A stretch of DNA of 64,000 bases, from positions 352,001-416,000 of the forward strand of contig CAVPNL010000015.1 in NCBI GenBank assembly GCA_963706575.1. Direction: 5' to 3'. The DNA comes from an uncultured delta proteobacterium. Its GTDB lineage: Bacteria > Desulfobacterota > Desulfobacteria > Desulfobacterales > JAHEIW01. Within the stretch, counting starts at the first letter, position 1. Each line of letters opens with the position of its first letter. A program made the translations under genes and the position numbers. The notes below the pieces were generated by a model. That model was given only the letters and a program-made list of their open reading frames with translations. It had not been told where the DNA came from and searched no databases. Shown here piece after piece: positions 8,059 to 18,538 of the stretch.

Positions 8059-9222
8059 ATGGAAATGGAATCCGAAAAAGAAATCAAAAATAATCCGATG
8101 TTTTTGTACCTGGCGGTTCTCACCATCTGTTCCACCATCGGATTGCAGGCCTGGCTGACGCTGTTCAATAATTTTGCCGTGGAAATTGCCGGGTTGGATG
8201 GAAATCACATCGGCGTCATTCAATCGGTGAGGGAGATCCCGGGGTTTCTGGCCCTGCTGGTCGTCTACGTCATCATGGTGATCAAAGAGCATCGGCTTTC
8301 CGCATTGTCGATACTCATGATGGGATTCGGGCTGGCCATTACCGGCTTGCTTCCAACCTACGCCGGGCTGATATTGACTACGCTGGTGATGAGTTTCGGG
8401 TTCCATTATTACGAAACCACCAACATGTCGCTGACCCTGCAGTATTTTGATGAAAATTCCTCACCATGGGTTTTTGGCAAACAGCGCAGCTATGCCGCCG
8501 CTTCCAGTATTGCGGTGGGCATTGTAATATATATCCTGTCATTTTTCATGAGCTTTGCACAAATCTACCTGTTGCTCGGCGGGATGATTATGGCCGCGGC
8601 CGTCTGGGCATTATATCAAAAACCGGCTCAACGGCAGGTGGTCCCCCAGCGCAAGCAAATGATAGTGCGTAAAAAGTACTGGCTTTTTTACTTTCTGACC
8701 TTCATGGCCGGCGCCCGTCGCCAGATTTTTATGGCATTTGCCGTCCTGCTGATGGTCCAGAAATTTCATTATTCAATTCAGGAAGTGACGGCCCTTTTTG
8801 TGATTAATAATGTCATCAACTATTATTTGAGCCCGCTGATCGGCAAAAGCATTATCCGCTTCGGTGAACGCAAGGTTTTATCCCTGGAATACGTCAGCCT
8901 GGTTTTCATATTTATGACCTATGCCCTGACCCCTTCCAAATGGGTGGTGGCAGTGCTTTTCATTCTGGATCAAATTTTCTTTAATTTTTCGATTGCGATC
9001 CGAACCTATTTTCAGAAAGTCGGCGATCCGCAGGATATCGCACCCAGCATGGCCGTGGGCTTTACCATCAATCACATCGCCGCTGTTTTTCTGCCGGCCA
9101 TCGGCGGCTTCCTGTGGGTTGTGGATTACCGAATTCCGTTTTTCGGCGGCGCTGTCATGGCTGCAATATCGTTAATGGCGGTGCAAAAAATACGGGTAAC
9201 CGGGCGAAATGTTGCCGCATAG
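8059..9222 (+). CDS. MFS transporter
   Basis: About 12 hydrophobic segments, with SVREIPGFL and GKSIIRFGERK loops. Confidence 0.85.
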   Translation: MEMESEKEIKNNPMFLYLAVLTICSTIGLQAWLTLFNNFAVEIAGLDGNHIGVIQSVREIPGFLALLVVYVIMVIKEHRLSALSILMMGFGLAITGLLPTYAGLILTTLVMSFGFHYYETTNMSLTLQYFDENSSPWVFGKQRSYAAASSIAVGIVIYILSFFMSFAQIYLLLGGMIMAAAVWALYQKPAQRQVVPQRKQMIVRKKYWLFYFLTFMAGARRQIFMAFAVLLMVQKFHYSIQEVTALFVINNVINYYLSPLIGKSIIRFGERKVLSLEYVSLVFIFMTYALTPSKWVVAVLFILDQIFFNFSIAIRTYFQKVGDPQDIAPSMAVGFTINHIAAVFLPAIGGFLWVVDYRIPFFGGAVMAAISLMAVQKIRVTGRNVAA

Positions 9223-9327
9223 ATTCATATCTGCCAGAATTTGATTTGAAGAATTAAAACTCCCTTGACAATCAGCGGCATCAACTCGTCATCTTGACAG
9301 CCGCATAACGATGCCATATGGTGAAGC

Positions 9328-9597
9328 ATGGACTCCGTAATGAAAGAAAAAATAGACCGGGTTCTGGATACGGTTAAAGAACCGGAAACCGGACTGACCA
9401 TGGCTCAACTGGGGTTTGTGGAGCGGGTTCGCTATTATGAAGAAAAGAAGAAGCTGACGGTCTTCTCCTGTAATCTCAAGCCCAATCATAAATATTGCTG
9501 CACCGTTATTCAGGGACTGCTGATTTCCGGCACCATAAACTCGTTGACTGAAGCTTTTCAGAAAGCGTTTCCGGATCTTGCCGTTGAAGTTGTCTGA
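9328..9597 (+). CDS. DUF59/SufT-like Fe-S cluster assembly domain protein
   Basis: VLDTVKEPETGLTMAQLGFV motif and a CC pair. Confidence 0.7.
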   Translation: MDSVMKEKIDRVLDTVKEPETGLTMAQLGFVERVRYYEEKKKLTVFSCNLKPNHKYCCTVIQGLLISGTINSLTEAFQKAFPDLAVEVV

Positions 9598-9760
9598 GAT
9601 AAACCCGCGCCAAAGTCAAGATCAAAAAATGCGTTTTGCCTCCCTCTGAGAATGCCGGGTAATCAGCCCGTTTTAAGCTAAGGCTAATACAGAGCATAGC
9701 AGTCGAATCTGATTTTAACCTCCCCCACAATTATTTTACCTAACTTAAGGAGATTCAAGG

Positions 9761-10579
9761 ATGTCACTGATTACCGTAACAACAAGCATTGGATGCGGTG
9801 CGATGAGTGTCTCTCAAAAGGTTGCCGATGATCTTAAAATTGAAATTTATGACGACGAACGGCTTCAACAGGAGGCGCTTAACATGGGGTATTCATCGGA
9901 AGACCTGAAGGGATTTGATGAAAAGGCTCCCGGATTATTCGATCGGCTTTTTAGGCGCCAGCCAGAATTATATGATGAGCTAATGGCAGCGGTTATTTAC
10001 GAAGTCGCCCATCGAGATGAAGGTATCATTATCGGTCACGGGGCTACTTATTTTTTAAAAGACTTCAGCTGCGCCCTGCACCTGCGAATGCATACGTCGG
10101 AGCAATATCGCATCCAGCGTTTGACCGATCAGTTGAAAATAAACCCGGATACGGCCCTTAACATGATCAAAAATCGTGACCAAGAACTCAAAGCCTTTTT
10201 GGATTTTTTATTTCAAATCGATTGGAATGATTTTTCGCTGTATGATCTGGTGATTAATGTCGACAAACTGGGTATTGATGCAGCGGCAGAGATGATCGTC
10301 AATTTGGCAAAGGCGGACAGCATCCAACAATGCAGCTTAACCGCGCTGGAATCTATGGAGAAATTATCACTGCTAAAAAAAGTTGAAGCCGCTGTTATGA
10401 AAGATAATATCAATCCACAAGAATTGCAGATCGAGGTTCCGGAGCCCGGTGTGGTTCGGCTAACCGGGTTGATCAATCCAATGCGGACCGTCGCCGGTGT
10501 AACTGAAGTGATAAAATCCGTCGCGGGCGTAGAAAAAGTCATTTGCGAAGCCGAACGGCATCCATTGGCCAAGATGTAA
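9761..10579 (+). CDS. Cytidylate kinase-like protein with C-terminal BON-like domain
   Basis: ITVTTSIGCGA P-loop-like start, IIIGHGA, YDLVIN. C-terminal GVVRLTG..V..VAGVEKV. Confidence 0.8.
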   Translation: MSLITVTTSIGCGAMSVSQKVADDLKIEIYDDERLQQEALNMGYSSEDLKGFDEKAPGLFDRLFRRQPELYDELMAAVIYEVAHRDEGIIIGHGATYFLKDFSCALHLRMHTSEQYRIQRLTDQLKINPDTALNMIKNRDQELKAFLDFLFQIDWNDFSLYDLVINVDKLGIDAAAEMIVNLAKADSIQQCSLTALESMEKLSLLKKVEAAVMKDNINPQELQIEVPEPGVVRLTGLINPMRTVAGVTEVIKSVAGVEKVICEAERHPLAKM

Positions 10580-11011
10580 TCTGTAAGATCTCAATATTTC
10601 AGACCGGTGGTTTTATGTAACCGGTTATTCGAAAGTCAATTTTTTGCACATCCTATAACCATCCTAAATTTATACATATTTTTACTAAGGCGAATTAGCG
10701 AACAGCATAATTTCGCGCCTTTTTTTGATTTTTTGCTCAAATTCACCATTATTCATTCCCGAAAAATTATAATTTTAAAAATTTGTTGACTTTTTCCCAT
10801 GCATAAATAAGGATTCTACCCGGTGAAAAAGCCTATCCATGCACGGTAAATTAAGGTGTCACTTTTAGCGGTATAAATCCGTGCTATTAAAGCATTCATT
10901 ATGGACAACTGGAAAGTCGTCAAGGTTCGTGTAAGGGCTTTAAACAAAGCCTTAGTTTAACCGAAACCAAAGGAGGAGAAGGTTAAAACTTACTAACCGA
11001 AAGGAGGAATT

Positions 11012-12755
11012 ATGGGTGCTTTAGCGATTATGGTGATAGCATTCGCCGGGTACATTATCATGTACCAGTTGTACGGCAAGTTTATCGGCGCAAAGATTTT
11101 TGCGCTATCCGGCGCTGCTAAGACCCCGGCGGTTGAAATGGAAGACGGGGTCGATTATGTCCCGACCAAAAAAGAAATTATTTTTGGCCACCACTACACC
11201 TCGATTGCCGGAACCGGTCCCATCGTCGGGCCAGCCGTTGCTGTAATCTGGGGCTGGATGCCGGCCCTGATCTGGGTGTTTGTGGGCAGCATTGTGATGG
11301 GCGCAGTGCATGATTTCGGTGCCCTGATTATTTCGATGCGCAACCAGGGAAAATCGATTTCCGAATACACCGCCAAGTATGTCAACAACCGCACCAAGAT
11401 TTTCTTTTTCCTGATCGTCTTTCTGGAATTGTGGATCGTGATCGCCATCTTCGGGCTCGTGATCGCCGTGGTGTTCAACATGTATCCGACATCGGTACTG
11501 CCGGTCTGGCTGGAAGTCCCCATTGCCATATATCTGGGCTATTTGATTTACAAGAAGGGCGCCAACGTGATGACCTGGTCGATTTTAGCTGTTATTGCTA
11601 TGTATGTAACGGTGGTCATCGGTGCCTACCTGCCGATCAAGCTGCCCACCATCGCCGGTATTCCACCCACCGGTGTGTGGACCATCATCCTGCTGGCATA
11701 TGCCTTTATTGCATCGGTTTTGCCGGTTACCACCCTGCTGCAGCCGCGTGACTTTATCAACTCCCACCAGCTGGTTGTGGCTTTAGCATTGTTGACATTG
11801 GGTGTCCTTTTTACGGGGTTCGGTGGCCGGCTGGATATCGTAGCGCCAGCTGTGCAGCTCTCTCCACCTGAATCACCGCCGATGTGGCCCTTCTTGTTTA
11901 TCACGATTGCCTGCGGGGCCATATCCGGATTTCATTCCCTTGTATCCTCTGGCACTTCGGCCAAACAGGTGCGCGACGAGCAGGATTCGCTGTTCGTGGG
12001 TTACGGGTCCATGCTGCTGGAAGGGGTGCTGGCGACCCTTGTGATCATCGCCGTTACAGCGGGAATTGGAATCGGCTACACCGCCAAGATCGGGTGAAGC
12101 ATTCACCGGTATCGCCGCCTGGACAGCCCACTATTCATCCTGGGCTGCTATAGGAGGTATCGGAAACGCTGCCCGCGCATTTGTTGACGGCTCGGCCAAT
12201 ATGATCGCCACTCTCGGTATTCCGAAGCAATTCGGCGTCGTCATCATGGGTGTATTTATCGCCTCCTTTGCCGGAACCACCCTGGATACGGCCACCCGGA
12301 TTCAGCGCTACGTGATCGCCGAGCTGTTCGGCGGCCTCAACCTGAAAGCGCTGACCAACCGCTACGCTGCCACCTTTGTCGCGGTAGGATCGGCCCTCAT
12401 ACTGGCATTTGCAACCGGAGCCAGCGGAACGGGCGCGCTCAAACTGTGGCCGCTTTTCGGCGCCGTCAATCAAACCCTGGCGGCCCTGGCGTTAATTATT
12501 ATCACCCTGTATCTGAAACGCCGCGGTGGTTTGAAGTGGCTGGTTTCCGGCATCCCTGCCGCCTTTATGGCGATCATGACCATCTGGGCGGTTATTCTGA
12601 ACCAGGTTAAATTCGGTGCCGGCGGAAATATGCTCCTGACGGTGATTAATCTCTGCATTCTGATCATCGCGATCTGGATTGCGATTGAAGGCGTCATCAA
12701 ATTCTTCGTAACAGAAGAAGAACCGGCTGCGCCAGCCGCACCGGAAACAGCGTAA
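11012..12755 (+). pseudogene. cstA: Carbon starvation protein A (peptide/pyruvate transporter), split by a frameshift near 12090
   Basis: DGVDYVPT, GHHYTSIAGTGPIVGP and ITIACGAISGFHSLV lie in ORF 11012-12097. FAGTTLDTATRIQRY and LWPLFGAVNQTLA continue in another frame to 12755. Confidence 0.85.
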
Positions 12756-12764
12756 ATCAATTAA

Positions 12765-12803
12765 GTGGAAGTATCGCCATGCGGCGATACTTCCACATTT
12801 TTT
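12765..12803 (+). terminator. Intrinsic terminator after cstA
   Basis: GTGGAAGTATCGCC-ATGC-GGCGATACTTCCAC followed by a T run. Confidence 0.8.
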
Positions 12804-12884
12804 CAAACCCCTGCAAGATTCGATTAGCCTGCCGGCGTTTTTACGATAGGGATTCACTCAAAACCCACTTGAGATACTTTTTAT

Positions 12885-13319
12885 ATGACCCATGACTTAA
12901 AACGTACGTATTTTACCCTCCTGCTGCCGGCGGTGGCGGGTTTTATTTTGATTTTTGTCCTGCAACATTTCCATCTGGTCAGTTTTGAGATTCCGCAAAT
13001 TCCATCTGTGCTGTCTCCCATCATCTTTATTGTCTCGGTTTGCTTTGCAGTGGCCCTGCCTATTTTTTACCGCACCGTTTTTGCCAACAAAAGGCGCCAT
13101 CAAACAAATACCGCTGAAGATGATTGGTTGAAATTTGAACGCAACCTGCTTTATATTGCCCTGGCAAGCCCCTATGTATGTCTGATTGCCCAGATTTTGC
13201 AGCTGCCCCGTTTTCATCTGGGCGGCACGATTATCATGGCTTTGTATGCGGTGTATTATTACTATCCTTCTCGGAGAAGAATCGATTACGAGCGACGTAT
13301 TTTTCGCGTGAAAGCCTGA
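12885..13319 (+). CDS. Hypothetical membrane protein (about 4 TM)
   Basis: Four hydrophobic stretches and a basic C-terminus. Sits within the cstA-arsA cluster. Confidence 0.75.
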   Translation: MTHDLKRTYFTLLLPAVAGFILIFVLQHFHLVSFEIPQIPSVLSPIIFIVSVCFAVALPIFYRTVFANKRRHQTNTAEDDWLKFERNLLYIALASPYVCLIAQILQLPRFHLGGTIIMALYAVYYYYPSRRRIDYERRIFRVKA

Positions 13320-13347
13320 AACAATACAGACGGGAAATGACGTTCAG

Positions 13348-13638
13348 ATGAATCCTTTTTTAAAATGGCTAAAAGCACAAATCATCGAAGCATTTAAGAT
13401 CAGCGATGAGGTCATGCGCGGCAAGGCCGTGGAAACCATCGAGCATGAGGTGGCGGAACTGGATAATATCTTCGGCATCCTGGTTTTAGGCGCCTTTATC
13501 GGCATCCCCTCACCACCGATTCATATTACCATGGAGCTGTTCCCCCTGATGGACAAAGAATTGGACATCATGCTCGACAAGGTATTAACCGCCCATGATC
13601 CTCTGGGCCATCTTTTTTCGGTACTGGGTATTGATTAA
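13348..13638 (+). CDS. Small CstA/ArsA-associated protein (cory-CC-star-like)
   Basis: E.AELDNIFGILVLGAFIGIPSPP...MELFP pattern, positioned between cstA and arsA. Confidence 0.7.
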   Translation: MNPFLKWLKAQIIEAFKISDEVMRGKAVETIEHEVAELDNIFGILVLGAFIGIPSPPIHITMELFPLMDKELDIMLDKVLTAHDPLGHLFSVLGID

Positions 13639-13693
13639 TTTCTCACCACAGAGAACACAGAGCTTTAAAAATTAAAACAAACACGAGACAAAA

Positions 13694-14590
13694 ATGAAAC
13701 CGCAGCTTCTTTTTTTTATCGGCAAAGGTGGCGTCGGCAAATCAACCAGTTCGGCACTGACAGCCGTTTATCTGGCGGCGAAACCTTATAAAACGCTGCT
13801 GGTGTCCATGGACCCGGCCCATAATCAATGCGATATTTTCGAACAGGATTTTTCTGAAAAACCGAAAAAGGTCTCTGAAACCTTGATGGTCAAAGAGGTC
13901 AACACCGATTTATGGATAGAAAAATATTTGAAGGAGACAACCGCTCAGATCAAAGAGACCTATAAATACGAAAGCGCCTTTAATCTTCAAAATTATTTTA
14001 ATGTCCTGCAGTTTTCACCGGGCCTGGAAGAATATGCGCTGCTTTTAGCCTTTGAGGACACCCTGCACAAATACAGTGATCAGGATTATATCGTCTTTGA
14101 TATGGCGCCCACCGCTTTGACCCTGCGGTTTTTTTCGCTGCCGTTTATCACCCTGATCTGGCTGGAAGAGCTGTTGACCCTTAGAAGCGAAATTTACCGG
14201 AAAAAGGAAATTATTTCTAAAATAAAAATCGCCGGAAAAGAAATCGAGCAGGATAAGGTAAAGGCCAAGCTGCAAACGTTAATCGGCAATTACGAGCACC
14301 TGCGAGAGCATTTTATGTCAGATACCACCAGAGTGAACCTGGTGATGAACAATGACAAGCTGTCGTTTTCGGAAGCCTTTCGCATCCGAAAGAAACTAAC
14401 CGATATCGGCATTGTTATCGATCGAATCGTCATCAACAAACTACACGCGGATGAAAATACAGCAGGGATCGAAAACGAATTCAAGGATCAAAAAATAGCA
14501 AGGCTGCGCTTGGCGCCCGAGGGCCTGACCGGTTATGAGGTGTTGAAAGATTATATTGCGGCGCATACAGAGGCGTTTCAGAGCTTATAA
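13694..14590 (+). CDS. ArsA/GET3 family ATPase (single domain)
   Basis: GKGGVGKST, SMDPAHN, PGLEE, FDMAPT and VINK motifs. Confidence 0.92.
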   Translation: MKPQLLFFIGKGGVGKSTSSALTAVYLAAKPYKTLLVSMDPAHNQCDIFEQDFSEKPKKVSETLMVKEVNTDLWIEKYLKETTAQIKETYKYESAFNLQNYFNVLQFSPGLEEYALLLAFEDTLHKYSDQDYIVFDMAPTALTLRFFSLPFITLIWLEELLTLRSEIYRKKEIISKIKIAGKEIEQDKVKAKLQTLIGNYEHLREHFMSDTTRVNLVMNNDKLSFSEAFRIRKKLTDIGIVIDRIVINKLHADENTAGIENEFKDQKIARLRLAPEGLTGYEVLKDYIAAHTEAFQSL

Positions 14591-14603
14591 TGTAAATACA
14601 TAT

Positions 14604-14930
14604 TAATTGAGGGGTCAGGGAGTTTATCATTCCAAGCTTGTCATTCCCGCGAAGCAGACTGTGTCGTAATTCAAAAAAGCGCTTAAATTCTGCCTGTCAT
14701 GCCGGACTTGATCCGGCATCCAGCACTGTAACACTCTGAAAAAGCGCTGGATTCCGGGTCAAGCCCGGAATGACAAAAGGGCTCATTTTCCTCGTTTGAA
14801 GATTACGACACAGTCTGGAAGGCGGGAATCCAGAAATGTTTTTTTGTTTGGATCCCCGCATGCGCGGGAACGAAGTCTGGATGCCCGCCTTACGCGGGCA
14901 TGACGGCAAAACTCCCTGACCCCTCAATTA
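14604..14930. mobile_element. Nested non-autonomous element: outer 22-bp TIR element containing a dRS3/REP-like palindrome split by an inner 16-bp TIR MITE
   Basis: Outer TAATTGAGGGGTCAGGGAGTTT (14604-14625) / exact reverse complement (14909-14930). Inner CAGACTGTGTCGTAAT (14655-14670) / ATTACGACACAGTCTG (14802-14817), flanked by GAAG direct repeats. Confidence 0.85.
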
Positions 14931-14992
14931 TTTAGCCATCAAAAATTATGGGGCATTTAAAGATATGAGGGCGTTGCCTGCTAAAAATGCTC

Positions 14993-16006
14993 TTAGCTCC
15001 AGACACCGTCAATCTCGGCCCCGCACACTGCACACCGGCCGTCTTTGATTCTGAGAGATCCCACCTGAAACCCCCAACGTTCGATGACAATCTCACCGCA
15101 GCCAGGGCAAAAGGTGTTTTCCGCGGCATTCCCGGGGACATTACCGGTATAGACGTATTTTAATCCGGCCGCCAACCCGATTTCACGGGCCGCTGTGAGA
15201 GTTTTCACCGGTGTGGCCGCACGGTCGGTCAGCTTGTAGGTCGGATGAAAGCGGCTGATGTGCCAGGGCGTGTCGGTTCCCAGATCATTGGCGATAAAAG
15301 CGGCCAATTTCTCAAGCTCGGCGCTGTCATCATTAAGTCCGGTAACAATCAGCGTGGTGACTTCAACAAAGATGCCCTGAGCCTTCATGCGCCGCAGGGT
15401 TTCCAGGACATGCTCGAGGCGGGCACCGCACAAATCTTTATAATATCGGTCGCGAAACGCTTTTAAATCCACATTGGCCGCATCCAGATAAGGGTCGATC
15501 ATCTCAAGGGCTTCAGTCGTCATATACCCGTTGGTGACAAACACATTTCGCATGCCACGCTCATGGGCCATTTGGGCGGTGTCATAGGCAAGTTCAAAAA
15601 ACACGGTCGGCTCGGTATAGGTATAAGAGATGCTGCGGCAGCCGGATTTATCCGCCGCCGCCACGATTTCCTGCGGGGTTACCGTATCGCCCATGATCAT
15701 GCCTTTATGATCGGTGGGCATCTGGGCAATATCGGCGTTCTGACAAAACCGGCAGCGAAAATTACAGCCGACGGTGGCAACCGAATATGAAAGGGTGCCC
15801 GGCAGAAAATGAAACAGAGGTTTTTTTTCGATGGGGTCCACATGTTGCGCAATGACTTTATCATAAACCAGCGTTTGCAGCCCGCCGGCCTGATTCTCCC
15901 GAACGCCGCATTTACCCCGGCGGCCCGTTTTTATCACGCAACGATGGCTGCATAAATTGCATTTGACCTTTTTATCCGCCAGCGGTTCATACAGGTAAGC
16001 TTCCAT
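14993..16006 (-). CDS. amrS: AmmeMemoRadiSam system radical SAM enzyme
   Basis: C..CSHRC....G.CGVR, DPIEKKPLFHF, GCNFRCRFCQN, YTYTEP, PWHISRFHP and YVYTGN motifs. Confidence 0.92.
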   Translation of the reverse strand: MEAYLYEPLADKKVKCNLCSHRCVIKTGRRGKCGVRENQAGGLQTLVYDKVIAQHVDPIEKKPLFHFLPGTLSYSVATVGCNFRCRFCQNADIAQMPTDHKGMIMGDTVTPQEIVAAADKSGCRSISYTYTEPTVFFELAYDTAQMAHERGMRNVFVTNGYMTTEALEMIDPYLDAANVDLKAFRDRYYKDLCGARLEHVLETLRRMKAQGIFVEVTTLIVTGLNDDSAELEKLAAFIANDLGTDTPWHISRFHPTYKLTDRAATPVKTLTAAREIGLAAGLKYVYTGNVPGNAAENTFCPGCGEIVIERWGFQVGSLRIKDGRCAVCGAEIDGVWS

Positions 16007-16027
16007 AATAGGATGACTCCGTCATCA

Positions 16028-16095
16028 AATTGAGGAATTGCGAATTGAGGAATCTAGGAATTAGAAAAAGACCCTAATTTTAATCCCTAAATTCC
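16028..16095. repeat. Short-period inverted repeat (GAATTGAG units / CTAAATTC-like arm)
   Basis: AATTGAGGAATTGCGAATTGAGGAATCTAGGAATTAG ... CCTAATTTTAATCCCTAAATTCC. Confidence 0.6.
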
Positions 16096-16114
16096 AAAAT
16101 ATTATAATTCGTTT

Positions 16115-16861
16115 TTATCCTGTCGCCGCCCCGCTTGAATCCCCGGCCTGGTAACGCATCGTCAGCGGTCGTGTTCTAAATTTGGGGACCAGGGTAACCA
16201 CCATCCCGGCAAAGGCACCAAAGGGACAGCGTTGAATAATTTTAAACTGTTCCAGGCTGGTCGCAATCTTTCCCGATTGCGACGGCAATTGACAGACGGT
16301 TCGCCAGGATATGGGGGTATGGCCAACGATCTTTCGAATCCGTTGCTTCAGTTCCCAGACACTGAAAAATTGAGCATGGTTAAAAATCGTTGAAGTAAAC
16401 ATGCCCTTTACGCGACGCTGGATGCCTTTGATGGCATAACGGTTTAAGACGCCGATAAAGATCCGATCCTTGGTCACCCTGCAGGCTTCCTCCAGTGCCT
16501 TTTGAGGGTCATCGACAAATTCCAGGGTGGTAAACAGACAGGTGTAATTAAACGAATTATCATCAAAAGGAAGGTCTTCGGCGTAACCGCGGTAAAGATC
16601 GGCCCGGTTGCCGACATTGCGAGATGCGATATCAAGCATATATGTGGAAGGATCCAGTCCGGTGACCAGCAGCTCCATCTCGAGAAAGGCCATCAGACTT
16701 GCCCCCGTTCCACATCCGATATCCAGTACGGATTCGCCACGCATGGGTTGCAGCAGGGTATGCATCAGATGGGTTTCAAGCGCTAAAGCTGTTTTTGTTT
16801 GCGGCTTTTGGAGCCATTGCTCGTAGGCAATGGCATCTTTGAAATCGAAGACATGGCCCAT
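16115..16861 (-). CDS. Class I SAM-dependent methyltransferase
   Basis: VLDIGCGTG, GLDPS, AEDLPFDDNSF and EACRV motifs. Confidence 0.9.
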   Translation of the reverse strand: MGHVFDFKDAIAYEQWLQKPQTKTALALETHLMHTLLQPMRGESVLDIGCGTGASLMAFLEMELLVTGLDPSTYMLDIASRNVGNRADLYRGYAEDLPFDDNSFNYTCLFTTLEFVDDPQKALEEACRVTKDRIFIGVLNRYAIKGIQRRVKGMFTSTIFNHAQFFSVWELKQRIRKIVGHTPISWRTVCQLPSQSGKIATSLEQFKIIQRCPFGAFAGMVVTLVPKFRTRPLTMRYQAGDSSGAATG

Positions 16862-16927
16862 GGGAGATAACTTAAGTAATAAATGTGAGTTTATCAAGAG
16901 TGAAAACGACACCTTGTCCGTCGGATT

Positions 16928-18433
16928 TTAAGTTGGTTCGGTCGGGGTGTCCGGCTCGGGCTTCTTGGCAGCCCGGGGAGATCGCTTCTTTTTCCGTTGC
17001 GGTCGTTTTTTGGGGACGGATTTTTCAGACTTTGTGGTGGTTTCGGTTTTAGTCGATTCGGAAGATTCGGGGCCAAAGCCGAAAAATGCGCCTGGAAACG
17101 AACGTGTCTTGGTTTTTTTTGACGGTGGCCGTGAATCGGTGCGCTGCTTTTCCCGATGCTGGCTCCGCTTTCGGCCGGATTTCCGGAGACTTGACCTGCG
17201 TCGGGAAGCGATCGGTCTTGAGGTGTCAGCGACAAACCAGTCGGTTCCAGGCCAGACCACGGGAATTTTGTATCCCAGCATTTCCTCCAAAGGCTCCAGA
17301 TGGTATACGTAGTCTTCACAGGCCAGCGCAAATGCCTTGCCGGTCTTGCCCGCCCTGGCGGTCCGACCGATACGGTGGATATAATTTTCAGAATCCTGGG
17401 GCAGATCGTAATTGATCACATGGCTGATATCTTCAACATGAATGCCGCGGGAGGCGACGTCGGTGGCGACCAGAATTTTGATCTGGCCCTTTTTGAATTG
17501 TTCCATCAGCCGAAACCGTTTGCGCTGGGGCAAATCGCCGGTGATTCTTTCAGCCGGCCAGGCATTGCCCTTAAGCTTGGTTGTCAGCCAATCAACGCCG
17601 ACCTTGGTATTTACAAAAATGAGCATCCGATTCCAGTCTTCTCTTTTCAGCAGACCCAGCAGCAGTTCTAATTTTTTCCCCGAACCGACATGAAACAACT
17701 GCTGCTCGATTCCCTCAACCGTTATGGTCTGAGGGGTAACCGATATAAACTCGGGCAGATTCATAAATTCATAAGTCAGCTCCATCACCCGATAAGAAAG
17801 CGTGGCCGAAAAGAGCATGGACTGGCGGGTATCATAGGGGGGGAGTTTGCGGAGCAAAAAGCGCATATCCTTTGTGAACCCCAGATCAAATAACCGATCG
17901 GCCTCATCGATAACCAACATTTTGATGCCTTCTGTTTTAAAAATGCCCTGCTTGAGGTAGTCAATGATACGCCCGGGGGTACAGATGACAATATCGGTTC
18001 CCCGGCGCAGGATATCCGCCTGACGTTTGTAATCGATGCCGCCGACAACTTCGGCGATCTTTAAATCCGCATGCCGGCACAGGGTGCGCGCTTCCTCGTA
18101 TATTTGGTGCGAAAGTTCCCGGGTGGGCGCAACGATAAGCGCTGCCGGCAGACGGGGATCGCGGTCAGAAAACGTCAAAATACGGGTAATGACGGTCACA
18201 AGAAAAGCCGCTGTTTTTCCGGTGCCGGTCTGCGCCTGGCCGGCAACATCAAGACCGCTCAACGAAATGGGAAGCGTTTGCTCCTGGATGGGTGTGCAGT
18301 AGACAAAACCGGCTTCCTTTAAAGCGGATTGTAAAGGCGCCGGCAAAGCGAACTCGTCGAATCGTTGTTCGGTTAAAAATTCAGGCTTTTCGGCCCGCGG
18401 GTGCGCTGCCGGAGATTCAGATGTCTCGGACAT
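16928..18433 (-). CDS. rhlB: DEAD-box RNA helicase (RhlB-like)
   Basis: CTPIQ, AQTGTGKT, PTREL, TPGR, DEAD, SAT, RGIHV and HRIGRTAR motifs, plus a basic tail. Confidence 0.85.
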   Translation of the reverse strand: MSETSESPAAHPRAEKPEFLTEQRFDEFALPAPLQSALKEAGFVYCTPIQEQTLPISLSGLDVAGQAQTGTGKTAAFLVTVITRILTFSDRDPRLPAALIVAPTRELSHQIYEEARTLCRHADLKIAEVVGGIDYKRQADILRRGTDIVICTPGRIIDYLKQGIFKTEGIKMLVIDEADRLFDLGFTKDMRFLLRKLPPYDTRQSMLFSATLSYRVMELTYEFMNLPEFISVTPQTITVEGIEQQLFHVGSGKKLELLLGLLKREDWNRMLIFVNTKVGVDWLTTKLKGNAWPAERITGDLPQRKRFRLMEQFKKGQIKILVATDVASRGIHVEDISHVINYDLPQDSENYIHRIGRTARAGKTGKAFALACEDYVYHLEPLEEMLGYKIPVVWPGTDWFVADTSRPIASRRRSSLRKSGRKRSQHREKQRTDSRPPSKKTKTRSFPGAFFGFGPESSESTKTETTTKSEKSVPKKRPQRKKKRSPRAAKKPEPDTPTEPT

Positions 18434-18538
18434 AGTAATTTAGGTTTCTCCTAAAACGAGCGTTTCAAATTTTAAAAATGAGGAAAATTTTTTATTTTTA
18501 GGAATTCTATCGTTTTTGGTTTTTAAAATTTGGAACCC

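Noticed and set aside
12095..12097. TGA in cstA as a selenocysteine or readthrough codon
   Set aside because: CstA homology continues in a different frame, and in-frame readthrough gives unrelated sequence that soon stops.
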